Below are positions 39,983-49,522 of a stretch of DNA of 64,000 nt, one piece after another. Positions within the stretch are counted from its first letter, which is position 1. Each line of letters opens with the position of its first letter. The notes beneath the pieces are model-generated. The model had not been told where the DNA came from and searched no databases. It saw only the letters and a program-made list of their open reading frames with translations. Position numbers and translations under genes: made by a program. The DNA is from an uncultured archaeon (lineage in GTDB: Archaea > Iainarchaeota > Iainarchaeia > Iainarchaeales > Iainarchaeaceae), in assembly GCA_902386385.1 (NCBI GenBank), contig CABMIU010000013.1:1667-65666 (forward strand). Direction: 5' to 3'.

Positions 39983-40071
39983 GAAAGGGAGTTATACTTT
40001 GGGCCGGAGGCCGGACATTAAAATACCACTGCCCAAAGGCCAAGAATGGAAATGTGATTCAGGGCGTTGAA

Positions 40072-41049
40072 ATGGAAAAAATTCTCGTCACCGGCGGATG
40101 CGGGTTCATCGGAAGCAACTTCATCAGGATGCTGCTCCGCGAAACAGGCATCGAGGTCGTAAATTTCGACCTGCTCACTTACGCGGGAAACCCGAACAAC
40201 CTCAAAGGCATTGCGCAAAACCCTGGCTGGAAAAAAAGGTACAAATTCGTGAAGGGGGACATTGCCGACCCGAAAACGGTTTCAATGGCACTCGATGGAG
40301 TTGACACGGTTTTCAATTTCGCGGCGGAGAGCCATGTGGACAACTCGATAAGGGATGCCTCGGCATTCGTGCGCACCAACGTGCAGGGCACAAAGAACAT
40401 GGTTGAATGCGCGATGAAAGCGGGGGTGCAGAGGCTCCTGCAGGTCGGCACTGACGAGGTTTACGGCTCGGTTGAAAAAGGTTCTTCGAAGGAAACCGAC
40501 AGGCTAGAGCCCCGCAATCCATACTCAGCGACAAAAGCCGCTTCGGACCTTATTGCCATGAGCTACTGCACGACATTCGGCTTTGACGTTGTTGTTACGC
40601 GCAGCTCGAACAACTACGGGCCTTACCAGTACCCCGAAAAAGTGATACCGCTTTTCGTGACAAACCTGATTGAAGGGAAGAAGGTCCCGCTCTACGGGGA
40701 CGGGAAGAATGTGCGGGACTGGTTACATGTCGATGACAACTGCCGCGGAATCCTGCTCGCGGGGCAGAAGGGAAAGAAAGGCGGAATCTACAATATCGGC
40801 GGCGGCAACGAAGTCCGAAACATTGAACTCACAAGGAAAATCATCTCGCTAATGGGGAAGGGAGAGGAAATGATTCTGCCTGTCGAGGACCGAAAAGGCC
40901 ATGACCTGCGCTACTCGCTCGACAGCACGAAAATGCATTCGCTCGGCTGGAAGGCCCAGAAGAAATTCGATGACGGCCTGAAGGAAACCGTGCAGTGGTA
41001 CAGGGACAATGAGGCATGGTGGAAGCCGCTGAAGGAGGCGAGAACATGA
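40072..41049 (+). CDS. rmlB: dTDP-glucose 4,6-dehydratase
   Basis: ILVTGGCGFIGSNF, ESHVDNSI, YSATKAASDL and PYQYPEKVIPLF are present. Confidence 0.85.
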   Translation: MEKILVTGGCGFIGSNFIRMLLRETGIEVVNFDLLTYAGNPNNLKGIAQNPGWKKRYKFVKGDIADPKTVSMALDGVDTVFNFAAESHVDNSIRDASAFVRTNVQGTKNMVECAMKAGVQRLLQVGTDEVYGSVEKGSSKETDRLEPRNPYSATKAASDLIAMSYCTTFGFDVVVTRSSNNYGPYQYPEKVIPLFVTNLIEGKKVPLYGDGKNVRDWLHVDDNCRGILLAGQKGKKGGIYNIGGGNEVRNIELTRKIISLMGKGEEMILPVEDRKGHDLRYSLDSTKMHSLGWKAQKKFDDGLKETVQWYRDNEAWWKPLKEART

Positions 41050-41771
41050 AAGGCATAATTCTGGCAGGCGGCACTGGGAGCCGTTTGCGCCCGCTGACAA
41101 CGGTAACGAACAAGCATCTGCTCCCGATTTACGACAAGCCGATGATATACTATCCGATTGAAACCCTCAAACGGGCAGGCATCAGGGACATCCTTGTCAT
41201 AACCGGGACGAGCCATGCGGGCGATGTCTTCGCCCTGCTCGGGTCAGGAAAGGATTTCGGCGTGAACTTCACATTCAGGGTGCAGGACGAGGCGGGCGGC
41301 CTGCCGCAGGCAATCGGACTCGCGAGGGAGTTCGTCGGCTCCGACAGGTTCGTTTCAATCAACGGGGACAACATCTTGTTCGATGACATCACGCCGTTTG
41401 TGAAGGCGTTTGAAAAGGGAAAGGAAAAATCCCGCGTGCTGCTGTATGAGACCACCCGCGAGGAAGCCTCAAAGGCAGGGGTCGCGGTGCTCGAAGGCGA
41501 CCGCGTCAGTAAGGTCATTGAAAAGCCGAAGGACCCTCCGACGAACTGGGTTGTTGTCGGGGTTTACATGTACACGCCGCAGGTTTTCGGGGTTATAAAA
41601 AACCTCAGGCCTTCCAAGCGCGGGGAACTTGAAATATCAGACCTCCACAACTACTACATAAAGGATGGCTCGCTTTGCGCGAGCAAGCTCACAAAGGAGT
41701 GGCTCGACGCAGGCTGTTTTGACGAGCTCCTGCGCGTGAACAAATTCGTCGGGGAAAAATCGCCGAGGTGA
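41046..41771 (+). CDS. rmlA: Glucose-1-phosphate thymidylyltransferase (short form)
   Basis: MKGIILAGGTGSRLRPLTTVTNKHLLPIYDKPMIYYPI is present. The start overlaps the rmlB stop (ATGA). Confidence 0.8.
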   Translation: MKGIILAGGTGSRLRPLTTVTNKHLLPIYDKPMIYYPIETLKRAGIRDILVITGTSHAGDVFALLGSGKDFGVNFTFRVQDEAGGLPQAIGLAREFVGSDRFVSINGDNILFDDITPFVKAFEKGKEKSRVLLYETTREEASKAGVAVLEGDRVSKVIEKPKDPPTNWVVVGVYMYTPQVFGVIKNLRPSKRGELEISDLHNYYIKDGSLCASKLTKEWLDAGCFDELLRVNKFVGEKSPR

Positions 41772-41921
41772 ATCCATGCGAAGAATTGATGCATTGGCCC
41801 ACTGTTGCGCACTGTACCAAAAGCCCTATTTAAACCCTAAACAGGCTTATTTCCGGCAATAGCCAGTTGATCGGCCATAAAATAATCATGGAAAAAAGCG
41901 ATTCATTGTTTATGTGAGCGT

Positions 41922-43418
41922 GTGCAGATGAAAGTGCTGATGCTTAACCCCCCGTTCCTTTACAAATTCTCGCGCACGAGCAGGAGTCCCGCGATTTCCA
42001 GGGGCGGCTGCATATATTTCCCGATATGGATGGCCTACGCGACAGGCGTGCTCGAAAAGGAAGGCCACGAAGTGAAATTGCTCGACTGCCCTGCTTCCGG
42101 AATGAAGCTCGGGGAAGTCTTTGAAATTGCACGCAGTTGGAGACCGGACTTGATTGTTGCTGACACGGTCACTGCTTCGTTCAACAATGACGTGAAGGTT
42201 GTTGATGCCCTGAAGGAAGCTGCGCCTGATGCATTCACCCTGATGGTCGGCACCCATGTGAGCGCCCTTCCGGAGGAGAGCCTCAGGACAAGCGCGAAGA
42301 TTGATGCGGTCGCGAGGGGGGAGTATGATTTCATCGTGAGGGATTTGGCATCAGCGATTGAAAAAAAGAAACCGCTTGAAAGTGTGCGCGGAATCGTGTT
42401 CAGGGGCAAAAACGGGGCGATAAGAGAGAATCCCCTGATGCCACCCATAGAAACACCGGGCCTTGACGCGATGCCCTTTGTGAGCGAGGTTTACGCAAGG
42501 CACCTGAACATAAGGGATTATTTCTACCCTTCGGTGCTTTACCCGCAGATAACGATAATCACCGCGCGCGGCTGCCGGAACATGTGCACTTTCTGCGTCT
42601 GGCCGCAGACCCTCACCGGCAGGGCTTACAGGGCGAGGAGCGTGAAGAACGTCGTTGACGAGTTCGAGTGGATTTCAAGGAACCTGCCGCACGTGAAGGA
42701 CATAATGATTGAGGACGATACCCTCACGCAGGACAAGAAGCGCACAATAGAGCTGTGCAGGGAAATCCTGGAAAGGGGCCTGAAAATCACGTGGACGTGC
42801 AACGCGAGGGCTGACATTGACCTCGAGGCGATGCAGTGGATGAAAAAGGCGGGATGCAGGCTCATGTGCGTCGGATTCGAGAGCGCTGACCAGGAAATCC
42901 TCAAAAACATAAAGAAAGGCACGCGCATAGAAAAGATTGAGGAGTTCATGATTGATTCAAAAAAGGCCGGGCTGCTCGTGCACGGCTGCTTCATGCTGGG
43001 CAACAGGGGCGAGACAAAGGAAACAATAAAGAAAACCGTTGAGTGGGCGAAAAAGCTTTCGCCGGACACAGCGCAATTTTTCCCGCTGATGGTCTATCCC
43101 GGCACGGAAGCATTCAAATGGGCAACCGAGAACCGGTTCCTGGCAACAGCCAACTGGGACGAGTGGCTGACAAGCGAAGGTACGCACAACACCATACTAA
43201 ACACCGACAAGCTGACTGCAAAAGAGCTCGTGGAGGCATGCGACCAGGCGAGGAGGGAATTCTACATGCGGCCGGAATACATCGCGAGCAGGGTTGGCCT
43301 CATCCTGACACATCCGCGAGAGGCCCCGAGGCTCATGAAGGGCGGAAAAACGTTCCTGAAATACCTGCTCGGAATCAATCCCCTGAAAAAGGCCGCGGCT
43401 GGAAAGCAGGCAGCGTAA
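41922..43418 (+). CDS. B12-binding-domain radical SAM enzyme (class B)
   Basis: An N-terminal B12-binding-like domain precedes CRNMCTFC (CxxxCxxC). Confidence 0.8.
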   Translation: MQMKVLMLNPPFLYKFSRTSRSPAISRGGCIYFPIWMAYATGVLEKEGHEVKLLDCPASGMKLGEVFEIARSWRPDLIVADTVTASFNNDVKVVDALKEAAPDAFTLMVGTHVSALPEESLRTSAKIDAVARGEYDFIVRDLASAIEKKKPLESVRGIVFRGKNGAIRENPLMPPIETPGLDAMPFVSEVYARHLNIRDYFYPSVLYPQITIITARGCRNMCTFCVWPQTLTGRAYRARSVKNVVDEFEWISRNLPHVKDIMIEDDTLTQDKKRTIELCREILERGLKITWTCNARADIDLEAMQWMKKAGCRLMCVGFESADQEILKNIKKGTRIEKIEEFMIDSKKAGLLVHGCFMLGNRGETKETIKKTVEWAKKLSPDTAQFFPLMVYPGTEAFKWATENRFLATANWDEWLTSEGTHNTILNTDKLTAKELVEACDQARREFYMRPEYIASRVGLILTHPREAPRLMKGGKTFLKYLLGINPLKKAAAGKQAA

Positions 43419-43480
43419 AAAAAACAGGTTGTTTGAGAACCCCCTTTACGGCCAATCCGGCGAAAAGTCAAATTTAATAA

Positions 43481-44098
43481 ATGGAAAAACAATTGTTTGA
43501 CGGTATCTGCATGGGCCGTGTTGAATTCGCGCTTGAGAACCTTGACGGAAAAATCCTCGATGTCGGCTACAGCGTCGGGGGAATCCACCGGAAATTCATT
43601 GAAAAATTCGGCCGCGGAAACGTTTACGGCGTTGACATCGAGACAAAAAAAGATTCGGGCCATTACAAGCGTGCGAGCGCTGAAAAAATCCCGTTCAAAA
43701 ACGGTTTTTTCGATTCGGTTTTTGCGGGAGAGCTGATAGAGCACCTTGAAAAACCGGGAAAATTCGTTTCGGAAGCGAACAGGGTGCTTAAAAAAGGCGG
43801 GGCGCTCATCCTCACAACGCCGAACAGGGGAAGCCTAGTGAACAGGGTTTTCCGCAATTACGAAACAAAAGTGCACCTGAGCCTTTTTGATTACGCCGCA
43901 CTAAGGGGCCTGCTTGAAAAAAACGGGTTTGAAGTGAGGGAATATTTCTGCCTGCCTTATTCCGAAGAGAACGCATACGGCAGCAGGAACAAGTGGACCT
44001 TCTTTTTCAGGAACCTGCTGCACGGAGCCCTGCCTAGGGGCCTTCAGGAAGAAATGGTCGTGAAGGCTGCCAAAAAAAGCGGAACGGAAGTGAAGTGA
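43481..44098 (+). CDS. Class I SAM-dependent methyltransferase (Methyltransf_11-like)
   Basis: ILDVGYSVGG, ELIEHLEKP and KKGGALILTTPN are present. Confidence 0.65.
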   Translation: MEKQLFDGICMGRVEFALENLDGKILDVGYSVGGIHRKFIEKFGRGNVYGVDIETKKDSGHYKRASAEKIPFKNGFFDSVFAGELIEHLEKPGKFVSEANRVLKKGGALILTTPNRGSLVNRVFRNYETKVHLSLFDYAALRGLLEKNGFEVREYFCLPYSEENAYGSRNKWTFFFRNLLHGALPRGLQEEMVVKAAKKSGTEVK

Positions 44099-45109
44099 AT
44101 GCTTGCAAGCGTCATTGTGCCGGCTTACAACAGCGAAAAGGCAATCACGGAATGCATAAAGGCCATAAGGTCGCAGGAACTTTCGGACGGAAAAATTGAC
44201 TTTGAAATAATTGCGGTGGATGACGGCTCTACGGATGGGACCGCGGCAGCCGCGGAAAAGGCAGGGGCAAAGGTGCTGAGGCAGCAGAACGCCGGGCCTG
44301 CAAAGGCACGGAACTTAGGGGCTAGGAATGCGAAAGGCGTGACGCTGCTGTTCACGGACGCGGACTGCGTGCCTGAAAAAAACTGGCTCCGGGAAATGCT
44401 CAAGCCATTTGCGGACAGGGACGTTGTCGGCGTCCAGGGAGCATATGCGACAAGGCAGCGCTCCCTTGTCGCGAGGTTTGTGCAGCTTGAAATAGAAGAG
44501 CGGTATGAGAGGATGCAGAAGCACGCGCAAAGCCTCGACTGGATAGGGAGCTATTCCGCCGCTTACAGGGCGAAGGATTTTTTCGGGGCAGGAGGCTTTG
44601 ACGAATCATTCCCGAAAGCTTCGGGCGAGGACCCGGAGCTGAGCTACAAGCTCGCGAAAAAGGGCAAAAAGCTCGTGTTCAATCCCTCAGCGGTCGTTTA
44701 CCACACACACCCCGATACAATCTGGAAATATTTCAGGACAAAATTTTACCGCGCATTCTACCGCATCCCGCTGTACAGCAAGCACACCGACAAGATAATT
44801 TCAGACTCATACACCACAAAATCGGTGAAGGTGCAGATTCTCGCGGGATACTTCGGCACAGCGGCAATGCTCATGGTGCCGGTGCTTTATTTATCCGGCC
44901 ACGCGTGGGTCGCAGGGACAGTACTCTCAATCAACACATTGCTTTTCATTGCGGGCAGTGCAACAATCCTGAAGTCGGCATATTTCATGTCGGGAAAAGA
45001 CCTTCCGGTTGCGGCATTCTCTATCTTAATGATTAACGTTAGGACCCTCGCATTCATGCTCGGCCTGCCGGCCGGATTCATAAGGCACGCGAAAGGGGCG
45101 TTAAAATGA
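44099..45109 (+). CDS. Glycosyltransferase family 2 with C-terminal TM helices
   Basis: SVIVPAYNS, FEIIAVDDGSTDGT and FTDADC are present. Confidence 0.8.
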   Translation: MLASVIVPAYNSEKAITECIKAIRSQELSDGKIDFEIIAVDDGSTDGTAAAAEKAGAKVLRQQNAGPAKARNLGARNAKGVTLLFTDADCVPEKNWLREMLKPFADRDVVGVQGAYATRQRSLVARFVQLEIEERYERMQKHAQSLDWIGSYSAAYRAKDFFGAGGFDESFPKASGEDPELSYKLAKKGKKLVFNPSAVVYHTHPDTIWKYFRTKFYRAFYRIPLYSKHTDKIISDSYTTKSVKVQILAGYFGTAAMLMVPVLYLSGHAWVAGTVLSINTLLFIAGSATILKSAYFMSGKDLPVAAFSILMINVRTLAFMLGLPAGFIRHAKGALK

Positions 45110-46242
45110 AAATTGTCCATGCGGCAAACCACTTCAGCCCATGTCTCGGCGGGATTGAAAAGGTCGTAAAGGACACTGGCATGCTCCTCGCGGAACGCGG
45201 GCACGAGGTCAGTGTCGTTTGCCTTGACAGGTGCGCGAATTCCGGAGAAAAGCTGCCTGAAAAAGGCGCAGTGGGGAAGATAAAAATCTGGCGCATACCT
45301 TTCATCGACCTCAAATACTACAAGGTCGCGCCTGCGATACTGGGGAAAATAAAGGATGCGGACATCGTGCATGTGCATGGAATCGGATTCATGTCGGATT
45401 TCCTTCTTGCAACAAAGCCATTGCACAAAAAGCCGGTCGTGGTTTCCACCCATGGCGGGGTATTCCACACTGAAAGCCTAAGTTCCGCGAAAAAAATATA
45501 TTTCAGCACATTCCAGAGGGCATTGCTGAAAATGGCTGACAAAGTCATTGCAGTCAGCAGAAACGACCTGAAGCTGTTTTCCGGCATATGCAAAAACACC
45601 GTGCTGTTTGAAAATGGCATAAGCCCGCAGGAATTCACAATCGGGAAAAAAAAGCCGAACTCGTTTCTTTTCGTCGGGAGGTTCTCCTCGAACAAGAGGG
45701 TAGGGCTTCTGCTTGAAGCCTTTTCAAGGCTCAGGAAAGAGAGCTTCGCCCTGACAGTAGCGGGCAATGACTGGGAAGGCCTGCTTTCGGAATATCTGAA
45801 AAAGAACGTGCTACTTGGCATTGACACAAAAGTCAAGTATGTCGTGAACCCTTCGGATGAAGAGCTGAAGGGGCTATATGCCTCGCACGAGTTTTTTGTG
45901 TCGGCTTCACAATACGAGGGGTTCGGGATTTCGCTTGCGGAGGCAATGGCAAGCGGCTGCATACCCATGGTGCAGGACAACGAAGGCCACAAGGAAATCA
46001 TCGGGGATTCGGAATGCGGAATCCTGCTGGATTACACTGACATGAAAGGGTCCGCGGAAGCAATAGGGAAGGTAATGCTATGGGGCCCGATGAGGAAAAG
46101 GCACCTGAGGGAAAACTGCGCCCTGAGGGCGAAGGATTTCGCGTGGGGCGGGAAAATAACCGAGCTGGAAAAAATATACTCCGATGCGATAGGCAAAAAA
46201 ACAGGGGTAAAAACCGGCAAAAGCAAAGGGGCGGAAAAATGA
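45106..46242 (+). CDS. Glycosyltransferase family 4
   Basis: FVGRFSSNKRVGLL and SQYEGFGISLAEAMASGCIPMV are present. Confidence 0.8.
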   Translation: MKIVHAANHFSPCLGGIEKVVKDTGMLLAERGHEVSVVCLDRCANSGEKLPEKGAVGKIKIWRIPFIDLKYYKVAPAILGKIKDADIVHVHGIGFMSDFLLATKPLHKKPVVVSTHGGVFHTESLSSAKKIYFSTFQRALLKMADKVIAVSRNDLKLFSGICKNTVLFENGISPQEFTIGKKKPNSFLFVGRFSSNKRVGLLLEAFSRLRKESFALTVAGNDWEGLLSEYLKKNVLLGIDTKVKYVVNPSDEELKGLYASHEFFVSASQYEGFGISLAEAMASGCIPMVQDNEGHKEIIGDSECGILLDYTDMKGSAEAIGKVMLWGPMRKRHLRENCALRAKDFAWGGKITELEKIYSDAIGKKTGVKTGKSKGAEK

Positions 46243-47204
46243 ACCCGGAAATAAGCGTTGTCGTGCCTGCATACAACCGGCCGGAGCTGCTAGAAAAAAC
46301 AATAACTGCGCTTGCGGGGCAATCAATGGGAAAAAATGGTTTTGAAGTGATTCTTGTTTATGGCGGAAGCAAGGAAGTTGAGGCAACCTGCAAAGCAGCA
46401 GGGAAAAAATACGTCAATTTCAGGTGCCTTGCCTCAGAAACAGAGAGCCCTGCAAGGAAAAGGAACATAGGGATTTCAGCGGCCAAGGGGGGAATTGTCG
46501 CATTTACGGATGACGACTGCATCCCGGAAAAGAACTGGCTCGAAAAATTATCTGGAAAGCTTGGTGAAAACAATGGCCTCGCGGGCATTGAGGGGTTCAC
46601 TTTCACCGAAGGCAAAAAAATGCTTTACTCCAATGCGCCTGTGAACCTCAAAGGCGGGCTTTTCCCGACGTGCAACATCGCATTCAGGAAAAATGTGCTC
46701 GAAAAGATAGGCGGCTTTGACGAGGCATACCATTTTTACCGCGAGGACACCGACCTCGCGTTCAGGGCGATGGAATTCGGGAAAATTGAGTTCTGCCCCG
46801 AAGCACGGGTTCTGCACCCGCAAAGGAAGGTGCCGCTGCTCAGGCCGGTTGAAACAATTCTACTTCTGAAGGAAGATGTGAGGCTAATGAAGAAGCAGTG
46901 GGGAAAATACTGGAAATATTTAGGAAACTCCTTTGCGAAAGAAATGGTAAAAGCGAGTATTAGTTTTATGTGGATAGTTGGCCTATACCTTATTGGAATA
47001 ATATTGTCAACCGGTTTTTCGACAATAGCGATTAGAGACATAGGCCTCTTTATAGCGGCATTCTTTGCCGCGCATTATATTATTTTCGCAAGAGGCCTTG
47101 AATTTACTATAAAACAATTAATTATTTTTTCACTCCTGAAATTTGCACATGGCATTCTATACCCGTTTGCATTAATATTCTACTGGCTAACGGTGAAAGT
47201 TTGA
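46239..47204 (+). CDS. Glycosyltransferase family 2 with C-terminal TM region
   Basis: ISVVVPAYNRPELL, FTDDDC and YREDTD are present. The start at 46239 overlaps the upstream stop; the annotated N-terminal extension is the upstream gene read in another frame. Confidence 0.8.
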   Translation: MNPEISVVVPAYNRPELLEKTITALAGQSMGKNGFEVILVYGGSKEVEATCKAAGKKYVNFRCLASETESPARKRNIGISAAKGGIVAFTDDDCIPEKNWLEKLSGKLGENNGLAGIEGFTFTEGKKMLYSNAPVNLKGGLFPTCNIAFRKNVLEKIGGFDEAYHFYREDTDLAFRAMEFGKIEFCPEARVLHPQRKVPLLRPVETILLLKEDVRLMKKQWGKYWKYLGNSFAKEMVKASISFMWIVGLYLIGIILSTGFSTIAIRDIGLFIAAFFAAHYIIFARGLEFTIKQLIIFSLLKFAHGILYPFALIFYWLTVKV

Positions 47205-48265
47205 AGGCGCTCATCCTCACCTCGACAACCAGCCCGAAAGTAAAGGCCGGGGTGGAGGCGTATTCGGAACAGCTAGCGAAGGTTTTTCCCGGCTCAGAAA
47301 TAATCGGCACTGAGCGGGCGGGGAAGAATGCCTTCGAGGGCTTTCCTCCGCTGCGCGAGCCATTGCGTGCGCTTTCCGTTTGCAGGCACGCGGAAAAAGC
47401 ATGCAACATGATAAAGCCGGACATCGTGATTGCGCACGGGATGTACAGCTGGGCGTTGAGGCCGGAAAAGGTTGGGCGCCCTGTCATAAACATTTCGCAC
47501 GGCACCTTTGCGGGCCTCGCTGACAATGCCATACCAAAGGTTTCGCCTGAATATTACAGGACAAGGTTCATTTATTCGCACTTTGAAAAAACAGGGGCAA
47601 AAAACGCGGACGCGGTCGTTTCAAACTCGAAGCTCACGCAGGAGCTCAACAGGAAATATTACGGCGTCGAATCCAAGGTGATACGCAACTTCGTCGACAC
47701 CGAAATCTTCAGGCCCATTGGAAAGGAAAAAGCAAGAAAAAAGCTGGGGATAGACGATGAAGGCCGCCTGGGGCTGTTTGTGGGGCGGCAGGAATACCAG
47801 AAAGGATTTGACCTGCTCGAGGAAATCGCGGTAAAAATGCAGGGTACGAAATTCATTTCAATTACTTCGCCAATTACATCGGATGCAAAAGCGGGAAACA
47901 TCGCCGCAGTCCCCCCTGTGGGGCGGGAAGAGCTAGCATTATACTACAATGCTGCCGATTTCGTTGTTTTCCCATCGCGCTTTGAGGGATTTGGCTTCGT
48001 AATCTGCGAGGCTCTCGCGTGCAACACCCCCGTGGTTTCATCCGAAGTAGGAATTGCGCTGGAGATTGAAATTGAGGGGCTTGAAAAAGTAGGCTCGCGG
48101 AACGCAGAGGACTGGAAAAATGCAATTGGCAGGCTGCCTGAAAAATGCGATTCAGGAAAATTCATGCGGGAAAATTTCAGCACGGAAAGGTTCTCGGCAG
48201 AATTCATCGCCCTGGCGGAAACCCTGCAAAAAAAATCTATAAAAACAAGCCAATGGCAAGATTAA
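47201..48265 (+). CDS. Glycosyltransferase family 4
   Basis: FVGRQEYQKGFDLL and FPSRFEGFGFVICEALACNTPVV are present. Confidence 0.8.
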   Translation: MKALILTSTTSPKVKAGVEAYSEQLAKVFPGSEIIGTERAGKNAFEGFPPLREPLRALSVCRHAEKACNMIKPDIVIAHGMYSWALRPEKVGRPVINISHGTFAGLADNAIPKVSPEYYRTRFIYSHFEKTGAKNADAVVSNSKLTQELNRKYYGVESKVIRNFVDTEIFRPIGKEKARKKLGIDDEGRLGLFVGRQEYQKGFDLLEEIAVKMQGTKFISITSPITSDAKAGNIAAVPPVGREELALYYNAADFVVFPSRFEGFGFVICEALACNTPVVSSEVGIALEIEIEGLEKVGSRNAEDWKNAIGRLPEKCDSGKFMRENFSTERFSAEFIALAETLQKKSIKTSQWQD

Positions 48266-48367
48266 TTAAGGCCTTGGGGCGTCGTAATATAGACTTTACA
48301 TAATGCCAATTGGCATTGGATGCAATCGAAAATCGGCATTTTTTCAGGCGGTGGAAGCATGGTTGGA

Positions 48368-49393
48368 ATGAAAAGGAAAGCTGCATTTGTTTTGTCTGCA
48401 ATGCTCATTATTTCAATTTTTTCAGGGATTGCATTCTCCGCTGCCACTGGCCTCGCCGAGCCTAAAATTTCATCCACGACACACCCAACTGCTGACTGGT
48501 CAAAGAACAACAAGCCGAGATTCACATGGGAATCGGTCGCAGGGGCGACAAAGTATGAATATTCCATGAGTGGCACTCCGGATGAAATGCCGGCATCAAT
48601 GGAAACAACCCTGCTCGAAGCCTATTTCACGAACAGCAACGACGGGGAGAAATACTTCAATGTGGCAGCATGCGATGATTCCAACTGCGGGCCTGCGGGG
48701 CATTACCTCGTAAGGATTGACGTGACGCCGCCTCTTCCGCCTGAAAATCCGGCAGGAACACCCGGGCCGGGAAGCGCGATAACACTCTCTTGGCCGGTGC
48801 CTTCTGATGCCTCAGGCATATCAGCTTACAACATTTTCAGGAACAACAAGCAGAAGACAGGAAGCAATGATTTCATGCCAAACGACGGCGGGGTGAAAAA
48901 ATTTTCATCCGACACAAATTATTTCATTGACCGCGAAGGCCTAGTTGGCGGAAAGGATTACTATTACAGGATACAGGCGGTTGACAAGGCCGGAAACATC
49001 GGGCCTGCTGGAAGAATTTTGAGGGTCACGGCGCCATTGCCTGACCAAAATGTGCCTGCGCCGCCAGCTGAACCAAAAGACACAAACTCCAACACAACCG
49101 ATTCAAATGCTCCTGCACAGCAGCCGCAGGGCAGCGTAACTCCTCCAAGCGGGGGAACAACACCGCCTGAGGGGGAAACAAGCGGCACGGCCCCGCCGAA
49201 CCCTGAAACAGGAAAGAGCTATGGTGAGCAGGAGCCGCAGCAGGGCAACGCAGGAAAAAGCCCGAACCAGGAAAATGCACAAACCGGGGACCTGACAGGC
49301 ACCGCAATATTGCTTCTGATCGCGGCAGCGGGAATCGCGGTCCTGCTTTATCCAAAAATGGAAAAGCCAAAGGAAAGGCATCATAAAGCCTGA
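48368..49393 (+). CDS. Cell-surface protein: signal peptide, FN3-like domain(s), Thr/Pro-rich linker, C-terminal TM anchor with basic tail (probable glycoprotein)
   Basis: The signal is MKRKAAFVLSAMLIISIFSGIAFSA. The linker is PPSGGTTPPEGETSGTAPPNPETG. The C-terminus is LTGTAILLLIAAAGIAVLLYPKMEKPKERHHKA. Confidence 0.5.
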   Translation: MKRKAAFVLSAMLIISIFSGIAFSAATGLAEPKISSTTHPTADWSKNNKPRFTWESVAGATKYEYSMSGTPDEMPASMETTLLEAYFTNSNDGEKYFNVAACDDSNCGPAGHYLVRIDVTPPLPPENPAGTPGPGSAITLSWPVPSDASGISAYNIFRNNKQKTGSNDFMPNDGGVKKFSSDTNYFIDREGLVGGKDYYYRIQAVDKAGNIGPAGRILRVTAPLPDQNVPAPPAEPKDTNSNTTDSNAPAQQPQGSVTPPSGGTTPPEGETSGTAPPNPETGKSYGEQEPQQGNAGKSPNQENAQTGDLTGTAILLLIAAAGIAVLLYPKMEKPKERHHKA

Positions 49394-49522
49394 AAGCGGC
49401 CACGCAAAGCCAGGCCACGCAGAAGGCCCGAAGTGGAAAAAGGCCAAGTGAACAATAATTCCGCCAAAAACAGTCCACAGTTCGGTTTAATTACCACTTC
49501 AAGCCTATTATTTGCGATTGAA

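Noticed and set aside
46080-46238. An Arg/Lys-rich N-terminal extension (RENNRAGKNILRCDRQKNRGKNRQKQRGGK) of the GT2 ORF
   Set aside because: It is the 3' end of the upstream GT4 gene read in another frame. The canonical GT2 N-terminus begins at the ATG at 46239, which overlaps the upstream stop.
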